Part shown: positions 10,346 to 18,672 of the stretch, in pieces
How the letters are laid out: the number at the start of each line of letters is the position of its first letter
Position numbering within the stretch: the first letter of the stretch is position 1
NCBI GenBank assembly: GCA_963843325.1
Contig: CAWJKC010000016.1
Coordinates: 638,319-702,318 of the forward strand
DNA from: an uncultured Acidobacteriota bacterium
GTDB taxonomy: Bacteria; Acidobacteriota; Thermoanaerobaculia; UBA5066; Gp7-AA6
Direction: 5' to 3'
Length of the DNA: 64,000 bases
The notes under the pieces: generated by a model
What the model was told of the DNA's origin: nothing
Database searches by the model: none
Seen by the model: only the letters and a program-made list of their open reading frames with translations
Made by a program: the position numbers and the translations under genes

Positions 10346-10468
10346 GCCGCATCGAGAGTGGGTGAGGGACCGGCCCGAGGAACCCACGGCAACCAAGATC
10401 CGCGCATCGCGGCGCGGCTTCGAGAGGTGCCAAATCCGGAATTCTCCCGAGGGAGAAGAAGATGAGGG
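10346..10468 (+). promoter_or_regulatory. SAM-I (S-box) riboswitch
   Basis: CATCGAGAGTGGGTGAGGGACCGGCCCGAGGAACCCACGGCAACC...GAGAGGTGCCAAATCCGG...AGAAGAAGATGAGG matches the SAM-I consensus. Matching elements: P1 CAUC/GAUGAG, kink-turn GA, GAGGGA-GGCCC pseudoknot partners, GCAACC, and GGUGCCAAAUCC P3/P4. Located in the 5' leader of a methionine-pathway gene. Confidence 0.85.
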
Positions 10469-10498
10469 GCGCCGCGAAATGGCCCGCACAGGGCCGGC

Positions 10499-10524
10499 GC
10501 CTCTCGCATCGAGAGGCTTTTTTG
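10499..10524 (+). terminator. intrinsic terminator (riboswitch expression platform)
   Basis: CCTCTCGCATCGAGAGG hairpin followed by CTTTTTTG. Its 5' arm overlaps the 3' arm of an alternative upstream hairpin (GAGGGGCGCCG...CGGCGCCTCTC), i.e. a terminator/antiterminator arrangement. 12 nt before the yitJ-like start. Confidence 0.7.
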
Positions 10525-10535
10525 TAGGGCGCCAA

Positions 10536-12407
10536 ATGAAAAAAGACTTCCGCAAGACGATCGCCGAAGAGGTCCTGCTCGCCGACGGGGCGATCGGGAC
10601 GCTGCTGACCTCGCGCGGCGCCTCCCCCGACCAGGCGCGGTCGCCGCTGAACCTGTCCGACCCCGACTCCGTCCGCGAGGTCCACGACGACTATGTCGCC
10701 GCGGGCGCCCGGATCATCACGACCAACACGTGGGATGCCAACCGCGTCAAGCTCACCGTCCACGAGTGGGCCGACTCGCTCGAGAAGATCAACCGCGAGG
10801 GCGCGCGCCTGGCCCGGGAAGCCGCCGCCGGCGAGAACGCCTTCGTCGCGGGCTCGATCGGGCCTCTCGGCGCGCTCGTCAAGCCGTACGGATCGCTCCA
10901 CCTGACGCAGGTGCGCGAGATCTTCGAGGAGCAGGCGCGCGTCCTGCTGGAATCCGGCGTCGACCTCATCCTGCTGGAGACGTTCGGAAGCCTGCTCGAG
11001 GCGGCCGAGGCGGTGCGCGCCGTGCGCGGCCTCTCGTCGGCCATCCCGATCGTCGCGCAGATGACGTTCCTGACCGACGGCCGCACGGCCTTCGGCGAGA
11101 GCGCGGCGCACGCGCTGGCGACCCTCGCGCTGGCCGGGGCCGACGGCGTCGGCATGAACTGCACGCTCGGACCGCAGGAGACGCACGACATCTTCTCGAA
11201 GCTGCCGGCCTCGATCGCGCTGCCGCTGTCCGTCATGCCCAACGCCGGCTACCCGAGCGTCGTGCACGGGCGCAACGTCTACCTGTCCTCGCCCGACTAC
11301 CTGCGCGAGTACGCGGCGGCGTTCGTCGAATCCGGCGCGGCCATCGTCGGCGGCTGCTGCGGCACGACGCCCGAGCACATCCGCGCGATGGCGCGCGAGG
11401 TCGCCGGCGCGCGGCGGGCCGGCGCCGGGCGCCCGGTCTCGATCGTGGTCGAGAACGACGTCGAGCACGTGGCCGAGGCCGCCGTCGAGACTTCGCGGCT
11501 CAAGCGCAAGCTCGCCGACGAGAAGGAATTCGTGATCACGGGCGAAGTGGAGCCGCCCAAGGGCGCGGACTCCTCGGCCGCGATCGAAGGCGCGCGCCTC
11601 ATGAAGGCCGGCGGCGTCGACGCCGTGAACGTGACGGACAACCCGATGGCGCGCCTGCGCATGTCGTCCATCGCGGTCGCGGCCCTGATCCAGCGCGAGA
11701 CGGGCCTGGACGCCGTCGTCCAGATCACGACGCGCGACCGCAACGTGCTCGGCCTGCAGTCCGACCTGCTCGGCGCGGCCGGCCTCGGCGTCAAGGCGAT
11801 CCTCTGCCTCGGCGGCGACCCGCTCAAGATCGGCGACTATCCGCAGGCCAAGCAGGTGTCGGAAGTCGACGTGCTCGGCCTGCTGCGCATCGCCAAGGGC
11901 CTGAACGCCGGGGCGGACCTCGCCGGCAACGCCATCGGCGCGCCGACGCGCTTTGCCGTCGCCTGCGCCGCCAACCCGGCGGCCGCGGACCAGGAAGTCG
12001 AGTTCTCGAAGGTGCGCGCGAAGATCGAGGCCGGGGCGACGTTCGCCCAGACCCAGCCGGTCTACGACCTCGACGCGCTCGAGAAGTTCCTGTCGCGCCC
12101 GGAAGCCCGGGCGATCCCGGTCCTCGTCGGCCTGATTCCCCTGCTCTCGCTCAAGCAGACGCTCTTCTTCGCCAACGAGGTCCCCGGCATCGTCGTCCCC
12201 GCCGCGATCCAGGAGCGGATGCGGCGCGCGGCCGACAAGGGCAAGGAGCACGAGCGGGCCGAGGGCATCGCGATCGCCCGCGAGCTCGCGGCGGGCATCG
12301 CCCGCCTGGCCCGGGGGATCCACATCATGCCCATGGGCCGCTACGCGACCGTGGCCGAGGTGCTCGAGGCGATCCCCCGCGCCCCGGCAGCCGCCGCGCG
12401 CGCCTAG
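10536..12407 (+). CDS. yitJ: bifunctional homocysteine S-methyltransferase / 5,10-methylenetetrahydrofolate reductase (YitJ-like)
   Basis: N-terminal Hcy-binding domain with Zn-ligand GGCCGTTPEHI, C-terminal MTHFR domain. 623 aa, no frame breaks. Immediately downstream of the S-box. Confidence 0.85.
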   Translation: MKKDFRKTIAEEVLLADGAIGTLLTSRGASPDQARSPLNLSDPDSVREVHDDYVAAGARIITTNTWDANRVKLTVHEWADSLEKINREGARLAREAAAGENAFVAGSIGPLGALVKPYGSLHLTQVREIFEEQARVLLESGVDLILLETFGSLLEAAEAVRAVRGLSSAIPIVAQMTFLTDGRTAFGESAAHALATLALAGADGVGMNCTLGPQETHDIFSKLPASIALPLSVMPNAGYPSVVHGRNVYLSSPDYLREYAAAFVESGAAIVGGCCGTTPEHIRAMAREVAGARRAGAGRPVSIVVENDVEHVAEAAVETSRLKRKLADEKEFVITGEVEPPKGADSSAAIEGARLMKAGGVDAVNVTDNPMARLRMSSIAVAALIQRETGLDAVVQITTRDRNVLGLQSDLLGAAGLGVKAILCLGGDPLKIGDYPQAKQVSEVDVLGLLRIAKGLNAGADLAGNAIGAPTRFAVACAANPAAADQEVEFSKVRAKIEAGATFAQTQPVYDLDALEKFLSRPEARAIPVLVGLIPLLSLKQTLFFANEVPGIVVPAAIQERMRRAADKGKEHERAEGIAIARELAAGIARLARGIHIMPMGRYATVAEVLEAIPRAPAAAARA

Positions 12408-12528
12408 GCTCGCCGGCCTCGGAATCTCGGGGTCACTTTTCCGGTTTTCTCTGCCGGGCCGGACTCTCATAGAATCCGGATGAGCGGGCGGAAGACCGGG
12501 ACGAAATCCCGCCCCGGAGGAGAAGACG

Positions 12529-13488
12529 ATGAGAATCACGATGCGGATGGCCGCGGCGCTCGGTGTCTTTCTGTCGGCCGGATTTCTCCATGCGGGCGCG
12601 CAGTGCCGCCTGGTGGGAACGGTGACCGACACGGCGGGCGCCCCGATCGAGGGAGCGGCGATCGTCATCACGACCCCCAAGCTCGGGACGTTCAGGCTCA
12701 CCCTGAAGACCGACGGCAAGGGCAAGTACAGCACGATCATGAACGACTGCACGATGCCGTACCACGTCTCGATCGAGAAGGAAGGCTTCGTCACGTACGG
12801 CGAGGACAAGAAGATCCCGATCAACGACATGGGCACGGTCGACGCGAAGCTGGCCAGCGCCTCCGCGGCCACGGCCACGGCCGCTCCGGGCGCCGCGCAC
12901 GCCGCCGCCCCGGCGGCGTCGGGCAGCGAGCAGGCCGTCGCCGCCTTCAACGCGGGCGTCGAGGCGGCCAACGCGGGCGACAAGGCGGGAGCGGAAGCCA
13001 AGTTCCTCGAAGCGGTGAAGAAGAATCCGGACCTGCCCAACGGCTGGGCGGCCCTGAGCAGCCTGGCGTACGAGAAGAAAGACTGGGCCAAGGTCGTGGA
13101 GTACGGCGAGAAGGCGGTGGACCTCGATCCGACGCTGACCAACCTCTACCCGATGCTCGCCCAGGCCGCGAAGAACACGGGCGACCAGAAGGCTGCCGCC
13201 GACTGGTCGGCCAAGTATGCCGAGGCGAATCCCGAGTCGCCCGAGATCCTCTACAACAAGGGAATCGGGGCTTACAACAAGGGCAAGATGAAGGAAGCGG
13301 AAGAGGCGCTGACCAAGGCCGTGGCCGCGAAGCCCGACTTCGCGAACGCGCAGTTCTACCTGGGAATGTCGGCGTTCAACCTGAACCACAAGGCGCCCGC
13401 GAAGGAGCACCTCGAGAAGTACCTCGAGCTCGAGCCCAACGGCAAGGAAGCCGCGACCGCCAAGGAGATCCTCGCGGCGCTCAAGTAG
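12529..13488 (+). CDS. secreted CarboxypepD_reg-like domain plus TPR-repeat protein
   Basis: GGAGGA RBS. Signal peptide, then RLVGTVTDTAGAPIEGAAIVITTPK beta-sandwich (carboxypeptidase regulatory-like) segment, Ala-rich linker, then TPR-like helices (AKFLEAVKKNPDLPNGWAALSSLAY...). Confidence 0.7.
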   Translation: MRITMRMAAALGVFLSAGFLHAGAQCRLVGTVTDTAGAPIEGAAIVITTPKLGTFRLTLKTDGKGKYSTIMNDCTMPYHVSIEKEGFVTYGEDKKIPINDMGTVDAKLASASAATATAAPGAAHAAAPAASGSEQAVAAFNAGVEAANAGDKAGAEAKFLEAVKKNPDLPNGWAALSSLAYEKKDWAKVVEYGEKAVDLDPTLTNLYPMLAQAAKNTGDQKAAADWSAKYAEANPESPEILYNKGIGAYNKGKMKEAEEALTKAVAAKPDFANAQFYLGMSAFNLNHKAPAKEHLEKYLELEPNGKEAATAKEILAALK

Positions 13489-13581
13489 TCGGGGCGCGGG
13501 TAACCGCCGGCCGAGCCGGCGTTGCCTGCGGCACGCTCCGCCCGCGGAGCGACAGCAGCCCGGGCACTCGAAGCCGAAGCT

Positions 13582-13764
13582 CTAGCGCTCGAAGCGGCGA
13601 ATCAGCCGGAACGCCCAGTGCAGCAGGGCGTCCCACGGCGATGTCGGCTTGTTCAGCGCCACCGCACGGATCGCGACCGCAGGCCGATTCTCGACGAACT
13701 CGAGGTCGTAGGGGATCTGCATGATGTCCTTCCATGGAGCAATCGCCGAGCCACGACCGGACAT
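13582..13764 (-). CDS. small hypothetical ORF (60 aa) divergent from WYL regulator
   Basis: ORF MSGRGSAIAPWKDIMQIPYDLEFVENRP... in the 330-bp intergenic region. Weak RBS, no homology recognised. Listed at low confidence. Confidence 0.25.
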   Translation of the reverse strand: MSGRGSAIAPWKDIMQIPYDLEFVENRPAVAIRAVALNKPTSPWDALLHWAFRLIRRFER

Positions 13765-13815
13765 CAGCGGGCAGCCTGTATTTTCAACGATTTAGCATTC
13801 CCCGGAGCGCCGGCG

Positions 13816-14973
13816 ATGACAAGCGAGTTGGTGTCGGCCGCCACTTCAGGGACACTTTCTGACACTGATTCATTGCGCCCGGGAGGTGCCGGCCCGAGAA
13901 TCTCGACCGTGGGTCGCGCAGGCGCATTCAAAGACCGCCCTCTCTGGCGACGGCTCCAGACGATCCACCACGAGATCAAGGAAGGCCGGCATCCCAACAC
14001 GAGCTCGCTCGCGGCCGAGCTCTCCGTCTCGACGAAGACCGTTCAACGCGACATCGACTACCTGCGCGACGAGCTCGAAGCGCCGATCGAGTTTCGCCGG
14101 GAGGAGAACGGCTACGTCTACGGACGCGAAGACTACGTGCTCCCGTTTCTGCCGGTCGACGGCCAGGACCTCTTCTCGATCGGCGTCGCCGCGCAGGTGC
14201 TCGCGTTGCTCGGCGGCACGCCGATCGCGCGCAGCCTGCGCTCCTGCTACGAGCGCCTCGCGCGGCTGATGCCTCCGGCCGTCCGGCTGCGCCCGGAGGT
14301 GGTGCGCGAAAAGCTCGCGATGCGCAACGCCGCATTCCGGCCGGTGCGCGAGGAAACCTGGCAGGCCGTCTCCGAGTCGCTGCAGAAGGGCATCGCTCTC
14401 TCGATCCGCTACCACCGCCCGGGCGAAGGCCCGGGCGATCCGCGCGTCATCCGCCCGTACGCGTTCATCCTCGCCGGGCGCGACTGGATGGTCCTGGCCG
14501 AAGACCAGGCGCAGGGCCTCGTGAAGAATTTCTATCTCGCGCGCATCGAGGCGCCGAAGCTGACCGGGCAGCGCTACGCGATTCCGAAGGACTTCGACGC
14601 CGAAGAGTTCTTTCGGAACACCTTTGGATTGTTCGTGGGAAAAGGCCGGGCCTTCCGGTTCCGCGTGCGCTTTGCGCCCGAGGTTTCCGACGAGATCCGC
14701 GAGATGGTCTGGCACCCCCGGCAGAAGATCGAGACCGGAAGCGGCGGCGAGGCGATTCTCGAGCTGCCTGCCGAGTCCCTGCGCGAGGCCCGGCGGTTCA
14801 TCCTCGCCTACGGTCAGCACGCGACGGCCCTCTCTCCGCCGGAGCTGGTCGAGGACCTGCGCACCGAACTCGCGGCCATGGCGCAGCTCTACGGCGCCGA
14901 CGGGGCGGCGGGAAAAGCGATCGCGGACGCCGGAATCCGGAAGAAGCGGCAAGGGCCCGCGCGTTCTCGCTGA
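13816..14973 (+). CDS. HTH-WYL-WCX transcriptional regulator (YafY/PafBC-like)
   Basis: N-terminal DeoR/YafY-type HTH (NTSSLAAELSVSTKTVQRDIDYLRDEL), WYL domain (IRPYAFILAGRDWMVLAEDQAQGLVKNFYLARI), C-terminal WCX-like extension. Confidence 0.8.
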   Translation: MTSELVSAATSGTLSDTDSLRPGGAGPRISTVGRAGAFKDRPLWRRLQTIHHEIKEGRHPNTSSLAAELSVSTKTVQRDIDYLRDELEAPIEFRREENGYVYGREDYVLPFLPVDGQDLFSIGVAAQVLALLGGTPIARSLRSCYERLARLMPPAVRLRPEVVREKLAMRNAAFRPVREETWQAVSESLQKGIALSIRYHRPGEGPGDPRVIRPYAFILAGRDWMVLAEDQAQGLVKNFYLARIEAPKLTGQRYAIPKDFDAEEFFRNTFGLFVGKGRAFRFRVRFAPEVSDEIREMVWHPRQKIETGSGGEAILELPAESLREARRFILAYGQHATALSPPELVEDLRTELAAMAQLYGADGAAGKAIADAGIRKKRQGPARSR

Positions 14974-14977
14974 CGCC

Positions 14978-15586
14978 ATGACGCGAACAGCCCTGCTGCG
15001 CCCGATCGCCCTGGTCTTCGCCGCGCTCGCGGCGTCCTGCGGGCCGGCGACCGTGCGGCCCGCCTCCTATTCGGACCCCGCAACTCCGTGCCCGGGCGGG
15101 CAGACCCGGTGGAATCTCGAGATCCTCGACCAGCGGGCCGAACGTGACGCCACGGAGAAAATGACCGCCGCCATTCGCAACGGAATCCAGAGCTCCTTCA
15201 CGGGATGCCAGTGGTCGGCGTCGCCGCAGGCCGGCGTGGGCACGATCTCGATCGAGGTGCACCGCTTCGCATCGGTGCGCGACGTCGAATCCTGGGAAGC
15301 CGCCGTCGAGTGGTCGGTCCGCGCCACCAGCGCCGCAGGCCGCACGCTGACCGAGTTCGAGGCCAACGAGGAAGTCTCGCGCCTGAACTACCGCGGCTCC
15401 GACAACGAGAAAGAGTCGCTGACCCAGGCCTTCCAGGCCTCGCTCGAACGCACGATCAAGGGGCTGCGCGCGCTGCCATCGCTCTCCGGATCGCGTGCGT
15501 TGCCCGCGATCGAAGCCGTTCCGTCCTCGCCAGGTGACGGCCCCTCCTTTCCCGACAGCGGGCCAGGACGGCGCGTAACCCGATGA
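14978..15586 (+). CDS. hypothetical lipoprotein
   Basis: Start 5 nt after WYL stop. Lipobox LAASCG. 202 aa, no recognised domain. Confidence 0.55.
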   Translation: MTRTALLRPIALVFAALAASCGPATVRPASYSDPATPCPGGQTRWNLEILDQRAERDATEKMTAAIRNGIQSSFTGCQWSASPQAGVGTISIEVHRFASVRDVESWEAAVEWSVRATSAAGRTLTEFEANEEVSRLNYRGSDNEKESLTQAFQASLERTIKGLRALPSLSGSRALPAIEAVPSSPGDGPSFPDSGPGRRVTR

Positions 15587-15677
15587 ATCCCGGGCGCTTG
15601 GACGCAATCCGCTCCCACTTCCGGCCGCGTCCCGCGGCTGGAACGAGAATCGCAGCCTCGGGTCTGCCGGAGGTTCT

Positions 15678-16235
15678 ATGAAAAGGCCCTTGATCGCCGC
15701 CCTGCTTCTTTCGGTTGCCCTCGCCCCCGTCGCGACGGCGCAGCAGAAGTCCGACTCGTCGCACATCTACGAGATTTCGGCGATGCTCTCGGGAACCTTC
15801 GAGGGCGCGACGCCCGGCAACCACCTGCGCCTGAACCTCTCGTCGGTCACGCTCGAGCCGGGGCATCCCTACGACCTCTTCCTCTCGGTGACGGGCACGT
15901 TCGAGAAGAACAACATCAACCAGCGCGGCGTGATCCGCCTCGAGACCCAGGGCAAGGACATCTATTTCACGTACATCCCCCACTTCAATCCGACGGTCAC
16001 CGCGCTGTCCCAGGACGCGGGCCGCTTCACGGAGCGCGAGCTCTCCTCGGCCTGCAGCTTCGTGATGAACCCCAAGGGCGACGGATTCGCGGGCAACACG
16101 CTCGGATCCGCCACGTGCGCGCTCGCGATGCAGGGCGCGGTCGGAAAGTGGAGCCTCGAGACCGAGCCGGGAATGGTGAGGGTGAGGAACGTGGATTCGG
16201 GGGAGACGCTTCGCTGGAAGAAAACGGAGAAGTGA
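15678..16235 (+). CDS. hypothetical secreted protein
   Basis: GGAGGT RBS; signal peptide MKRPLIAALLLSVALAPVATA. 185 aa, two Cys (possible disulfide). No recognised domain. Confidence 0.55.
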   Translation: MKRPLIAALLLSVALAPVATAQQKSDSSHIYEISAMLSGTFEGATPGNHLRLNLSSVTLEPGHPYDLFLSVTGTFEKNNINQRGVIRLETQGKDIYFTYIPHFNPTVTALSQDAGRFTERELSSACSFVMNPKGDGFAGNTLGSATCALAMQGAVGKWSLETEPGMVRVRNVDSGETLRWKKTEK

Positions 16236-16236
16236 G

Positions 16237-16320
16237 GGAGTAAGCAGTCCGCAGTAAGCAGTAAGCAGCTGGCGCCGGAAGCTTGCTCGGCGTACTGCTT
16301 ACTGCTTACTGCTTACTGAC
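16237..16320. repeat. palindrome built from tandem heptads (AGTAAGC x4 / TACTGCT x4); bidirectional terminator
   Basis: GAGTAAGCAGTCCGCAGTAAGCAGTAAGCAGC...GCTCGGCGTACTGCTTACTGCTTACTGCTTACTGA forms a >20-bp stem between convergent genes. The exonuclease stop codon (TAA) lies within the right arm. Confidence 0.6.
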
Positions 16321-17086
16321 CCTCCGGCAGATACTTCCGCGCGATCGTCTTGACCGGCTCGGAGAAGTCCCCCTTCAGGATCCACCGCAGAAATCCCGGC
16401 TCCTCGCGGCTCAAGTCCTTCAGCGCGCGGCCCCGGTTCTTGCCGAAGTTGATCGTCGGCTCGCCGTTGACGAGCCGGATGCGGCCTTCCGGGTCGATGT
16501 CCTGGTCCATGCCCGCGCAGAAGAGCTCGTGCAGCTCGTTGACCGAGCGCGGCAGCTCGCCGTAGCGCTCGAGCTGCCCCTCGAGGACCCGGAGCGTCAT
16601 CTCGGCGTCGGCGAGAGCGCCGTGCGCGCCGGCGTGCTCCGACTGGCAGTAGAAGCGGGCGGCGGCGGCGAGGTGGCGGGGCTCGCGCGAGAAGAAGATC
16701 CGCTGCGCGTCGACCAGGCGCTTGTCCGAAATCTCGAAGGCCACGCCCGCGCGCAGGAACTCGGCCCGCAGCACGGGCAGGTCGAAGCCCGCGATGTTGT
16801 ACCCGGCCAGGTCGCTGCCCGCGAGGAACGCGGCGAGCTCGGCCGCGAGCTCGCGGAAGCGCTTCTCGCCCGCGACGTCGGCGTCGGTAATGCCGTGGAT
16901 CGCCGTCGAGGAAGGGGGGATCGGGATGCCCGGGTTGATCCGGCGCAGGTACTGCTCGCGCCGGCCGTCGGGGTGCACCTTCAGGCACGCGATCTCGATG
17001 ACGCGGTCCGCGCGCGGATTGGTCCCGGTCGTCTCCGTGTCGAAAACGATCAGGGGTCGCTCGAGCCGGAGCTGCTTGTCCAACAT
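16313..17086 (-). CDS. DEDDh-family 3'-5' exonuclease (DnaQ-like) with ~80-aa C-terminal extension
   Basis: Exo I FDTETTG, Exo II HGITDADV.., Exo III H..ALADAEMT (DEDDh). C-terminal extension RIRLVNGEPTINFGKNRGRALKDLSREEPGFLRWILKGDF of unknown function. The 5' part of the 711-aa track ORF is antisense filler. Confidence 0.8.
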   Translation of the reverse strand: MLDKQLRLERPLIVFDTETTGTNPRADRVIEIACLKVHPDGRREQYLRRINPGIPIPPSSTAIHGITDADVAGEKRFRELAAELAAFLAGSDLAGYNIAGFDLPVLRAEFLRAGVAFEISDKRLVDAQRIFFSREPRHLAAAARFYCQSEHAGAHGALADAEMTLRVLEGQLERYGELPRSVNELHELFCAGMDQDIDPEGRIRLVNGEPTINFGKNRGRALKDLSREEPGFLRWILKGDFSEPVKTIARKYLPEGQ

Positions 17087-17100
17087 CGCGCCCGATCCTA

Positions 17101-18414
17101 CTAGTAGTTCTCGGCGAACAGCCAGAAGAACAGCTCGCCGGCGCGATCGAAGACGCCGCGCTTGTTCCACTCGGCCAGCGTCAACACGTCGCACCGCGCG
17201 AGGTCCGCGAGGACCATCTTCTCGACCTCGGCCGCGAACGCCTTGTCGTAGACGGCGACGTTGACCTCGGCGTTCTTCTTCATCGAGCGGTTCACGAAGT
17301 TGATCGAGCCGACGGTGGACCAGACCTGGTCGACCACCATCACCTTGTTGTGCATCATCGTCGGCCGGTATTCGTAGATCGCGACTCCCGCCTGGAGCAG
17401 CTCGCCGTAGTGGTAGTGCGCCGCCATGCGGACGTTGGGCGAGTCCGTGTGCGCGCCGGGCACGATCACCTTCACGTCCACGCCGCGCCGCGCGGCCTGC
17501 ACGAGGCCCTCGCGGATCTGACGGTCCGGCACGAAGTAGGCGTTCTCGATCCAGATGCTGCGGCGCGCCGCCTGGATCGCCATGTAGAGGACGAGCTTCG
17601 ACATCGAGATCGCGTCGGCGCGGGCGGCCGCGATCGCCTGCGCGAGCATGGGGCCGGCGGGTGCGATCGCGGGGAACTGCCGGTCGCCGTTCAGGACCTC
17701 GCCCGTCGTGTGGACCCAGTCCTGCGCGAACACGTGCTGCAGCTGCGTGACGACCGGTCCCTCGATGCGGATCATCGTGTCCCGCCACTCGGAGGGGTCG
17801 CGCGCGTCGCCCTTCCACCGGTCGTCGATTCCCACGCCGCCGCAGAAGCCGATCCTGCCGTCGATGGTCAGGATGCGCCGGTGCGTCCGGTTGCCGACGC
17901 GGTCGATCGAGTAGATGCGCAACGGTTTGTAGATGCGGACGTTCGCGCCCGCGGCGACGAGCGCGGGCTCGAGCGGCCCGAGGTCCGATCCCCAGCCGTC
18001 GACGAGGATCCGGACGTCGACACCCGCGCGCGCCCGTTCGGCCAGCGCCTCCGCGAAGCGGGTCGCGATCACCCCGTGGTCGAAGATGTAGATCTCGAGG
18101 TTGATCGACTCCCGCGCCTGGGCGATCGACGCGAGCATCTCCGGAAAGATGGCCTCGCCGTTCTCGAGCAGGCGCGCCTGGTTGCCCGCCACCATCTCCG
18201 TGCCGAGCCCGTCGAGCGAACGCAGGAACTGGGGACTGTCGACGCCGTAGGCCGGGTCGTACTGGTAGACGGTGCGCTTCTCCGAGAAGATGTAGGAACA
18301 GCCGGCAAGGGGCGCCAGCCCGCAGAGCGCGACCGCCAGAAACGAGCCACGCGCGCAGGGGCCCGGGTCGGGCGACGCAATTAGTCGCCGTTTCCGACCG
18401 AGAAACTCTGACAA
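17101..18414 (-). CDS. phospholipase D family protein, cardiolipin synthase-like (lipoprotein)
   Basis: TTG start with GGAG RBS; lipobox LAGCS. Two PLD motifs: first degenerate (THRRILTIDGRIGFCGGVGIDD, HxR not HxK), second canonical (MHNKVMVVDQVWSTVGSINFVNRS). 14-bp gap to downstream exonuclease gene. Confidence 0.75.
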   Translation of the reverse strand: MSEFLGRKRRLIASPDPGPCARGSFLAVALCGLAPLAGCSYIFSEKRTVYQYDPAYGVDSPQFLRSLDGLGTEMVAGNQARLLENGEAIFPEMLASIAQARESINLEIYIFDHGVIATRFAEALAERARAGVDVRILVDGWGSDLGPLEPALVAAGANVRIYKPLRIYSIDRVGNRTHRRILTIDGRIGFCGGVGIDDRWKGDARDPSEWRDTMIRIEGPVVTQLQHVFAQDWVHTTGEVLNGDRQFPAIAPAGPMLAQAIAAARADAISMSKLVLYMAIQAARRSIWIENAYFVPDRQIREGLVQAARRGVDVKVIVPGAHTDSPNVRMAAHYHYGELLQAGVAIYEYRPTMMHNKVMVVDQVWSTVGSINFVNRSMKKNAEVNVAVYDKAFAAEVEKMVLADLARCDVLTLAEWNKRGVFDRAGELFFWLFAENY

Positions 18415-18546
18415 TTCTCGTCACTCCGCCGTCACCCATAGCACGCAAACTACTGAAAATGAATGAATTGTTATTTCGGCTCGAACTGGCCGCGCACTTG
18501 CAATCTCAGTCTGGCGAGCAAAGGAACTTCTCAACCTCCTCCTTTC

Positions 18547-18588
18547 GCCCCCCGGGCGGCCCCACCCCGTCCCGGGGCCTTTTTTTAT
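18547..18588 (+). terminator. intrinsic terminator on + strand with no annotated upstream + gene
   Basis: GCCCCCCGGG..(14-nt loop)..CCCGGGGCC followed by T8. The orientation is unambiguous because the T-run is only on the + strand. Confidence 0.55.
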
Positions 18589-18672
18589 CTGGACGATTCC
18601 GTCGACCTGGCGGCGTGTCCCGGACCGGGGCGCCGTGCCGACGACTCTAAGCCAGGATGGTAGCTTCGCGCC

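Noticed and set aside
10296-13142. 948-aa minus-strand ORF spanning the riboswitch, yitJ and TPR genes
   Set aside because: No domain-like sequence. It crosses a conserved riboswitch and two well-supported + strand genes. High GC suppresses stop codons on the antisense strand.
17101-18414. PLD protein as a defence nuclease
   Set aside because: Two-HKD, ~437 aa, lipoprotein signal and the GS.N.D.RS second motif fit cardiolipin synthase better than the short single-HKD Nuc-type nucleases. Kept only as a low-weight alternative in the findings.
16313-18448. 711-aa minus ORF treated as one gene
   Set aside because: Only the last 257 codons (DEDDh exonuclease) are protein-like. The remainder is an alternate frame of the cls gene.
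18459-18663. Two overlapping small + ORFs in the AT-rich island upstream of glk
   Set aside because: Codon usage (TTG TTA TTT, AAT GAA TTG) is wholly atypical for this genome and no RBS is present. The region is better explained as promoter plus non-coding RNA/terminator.
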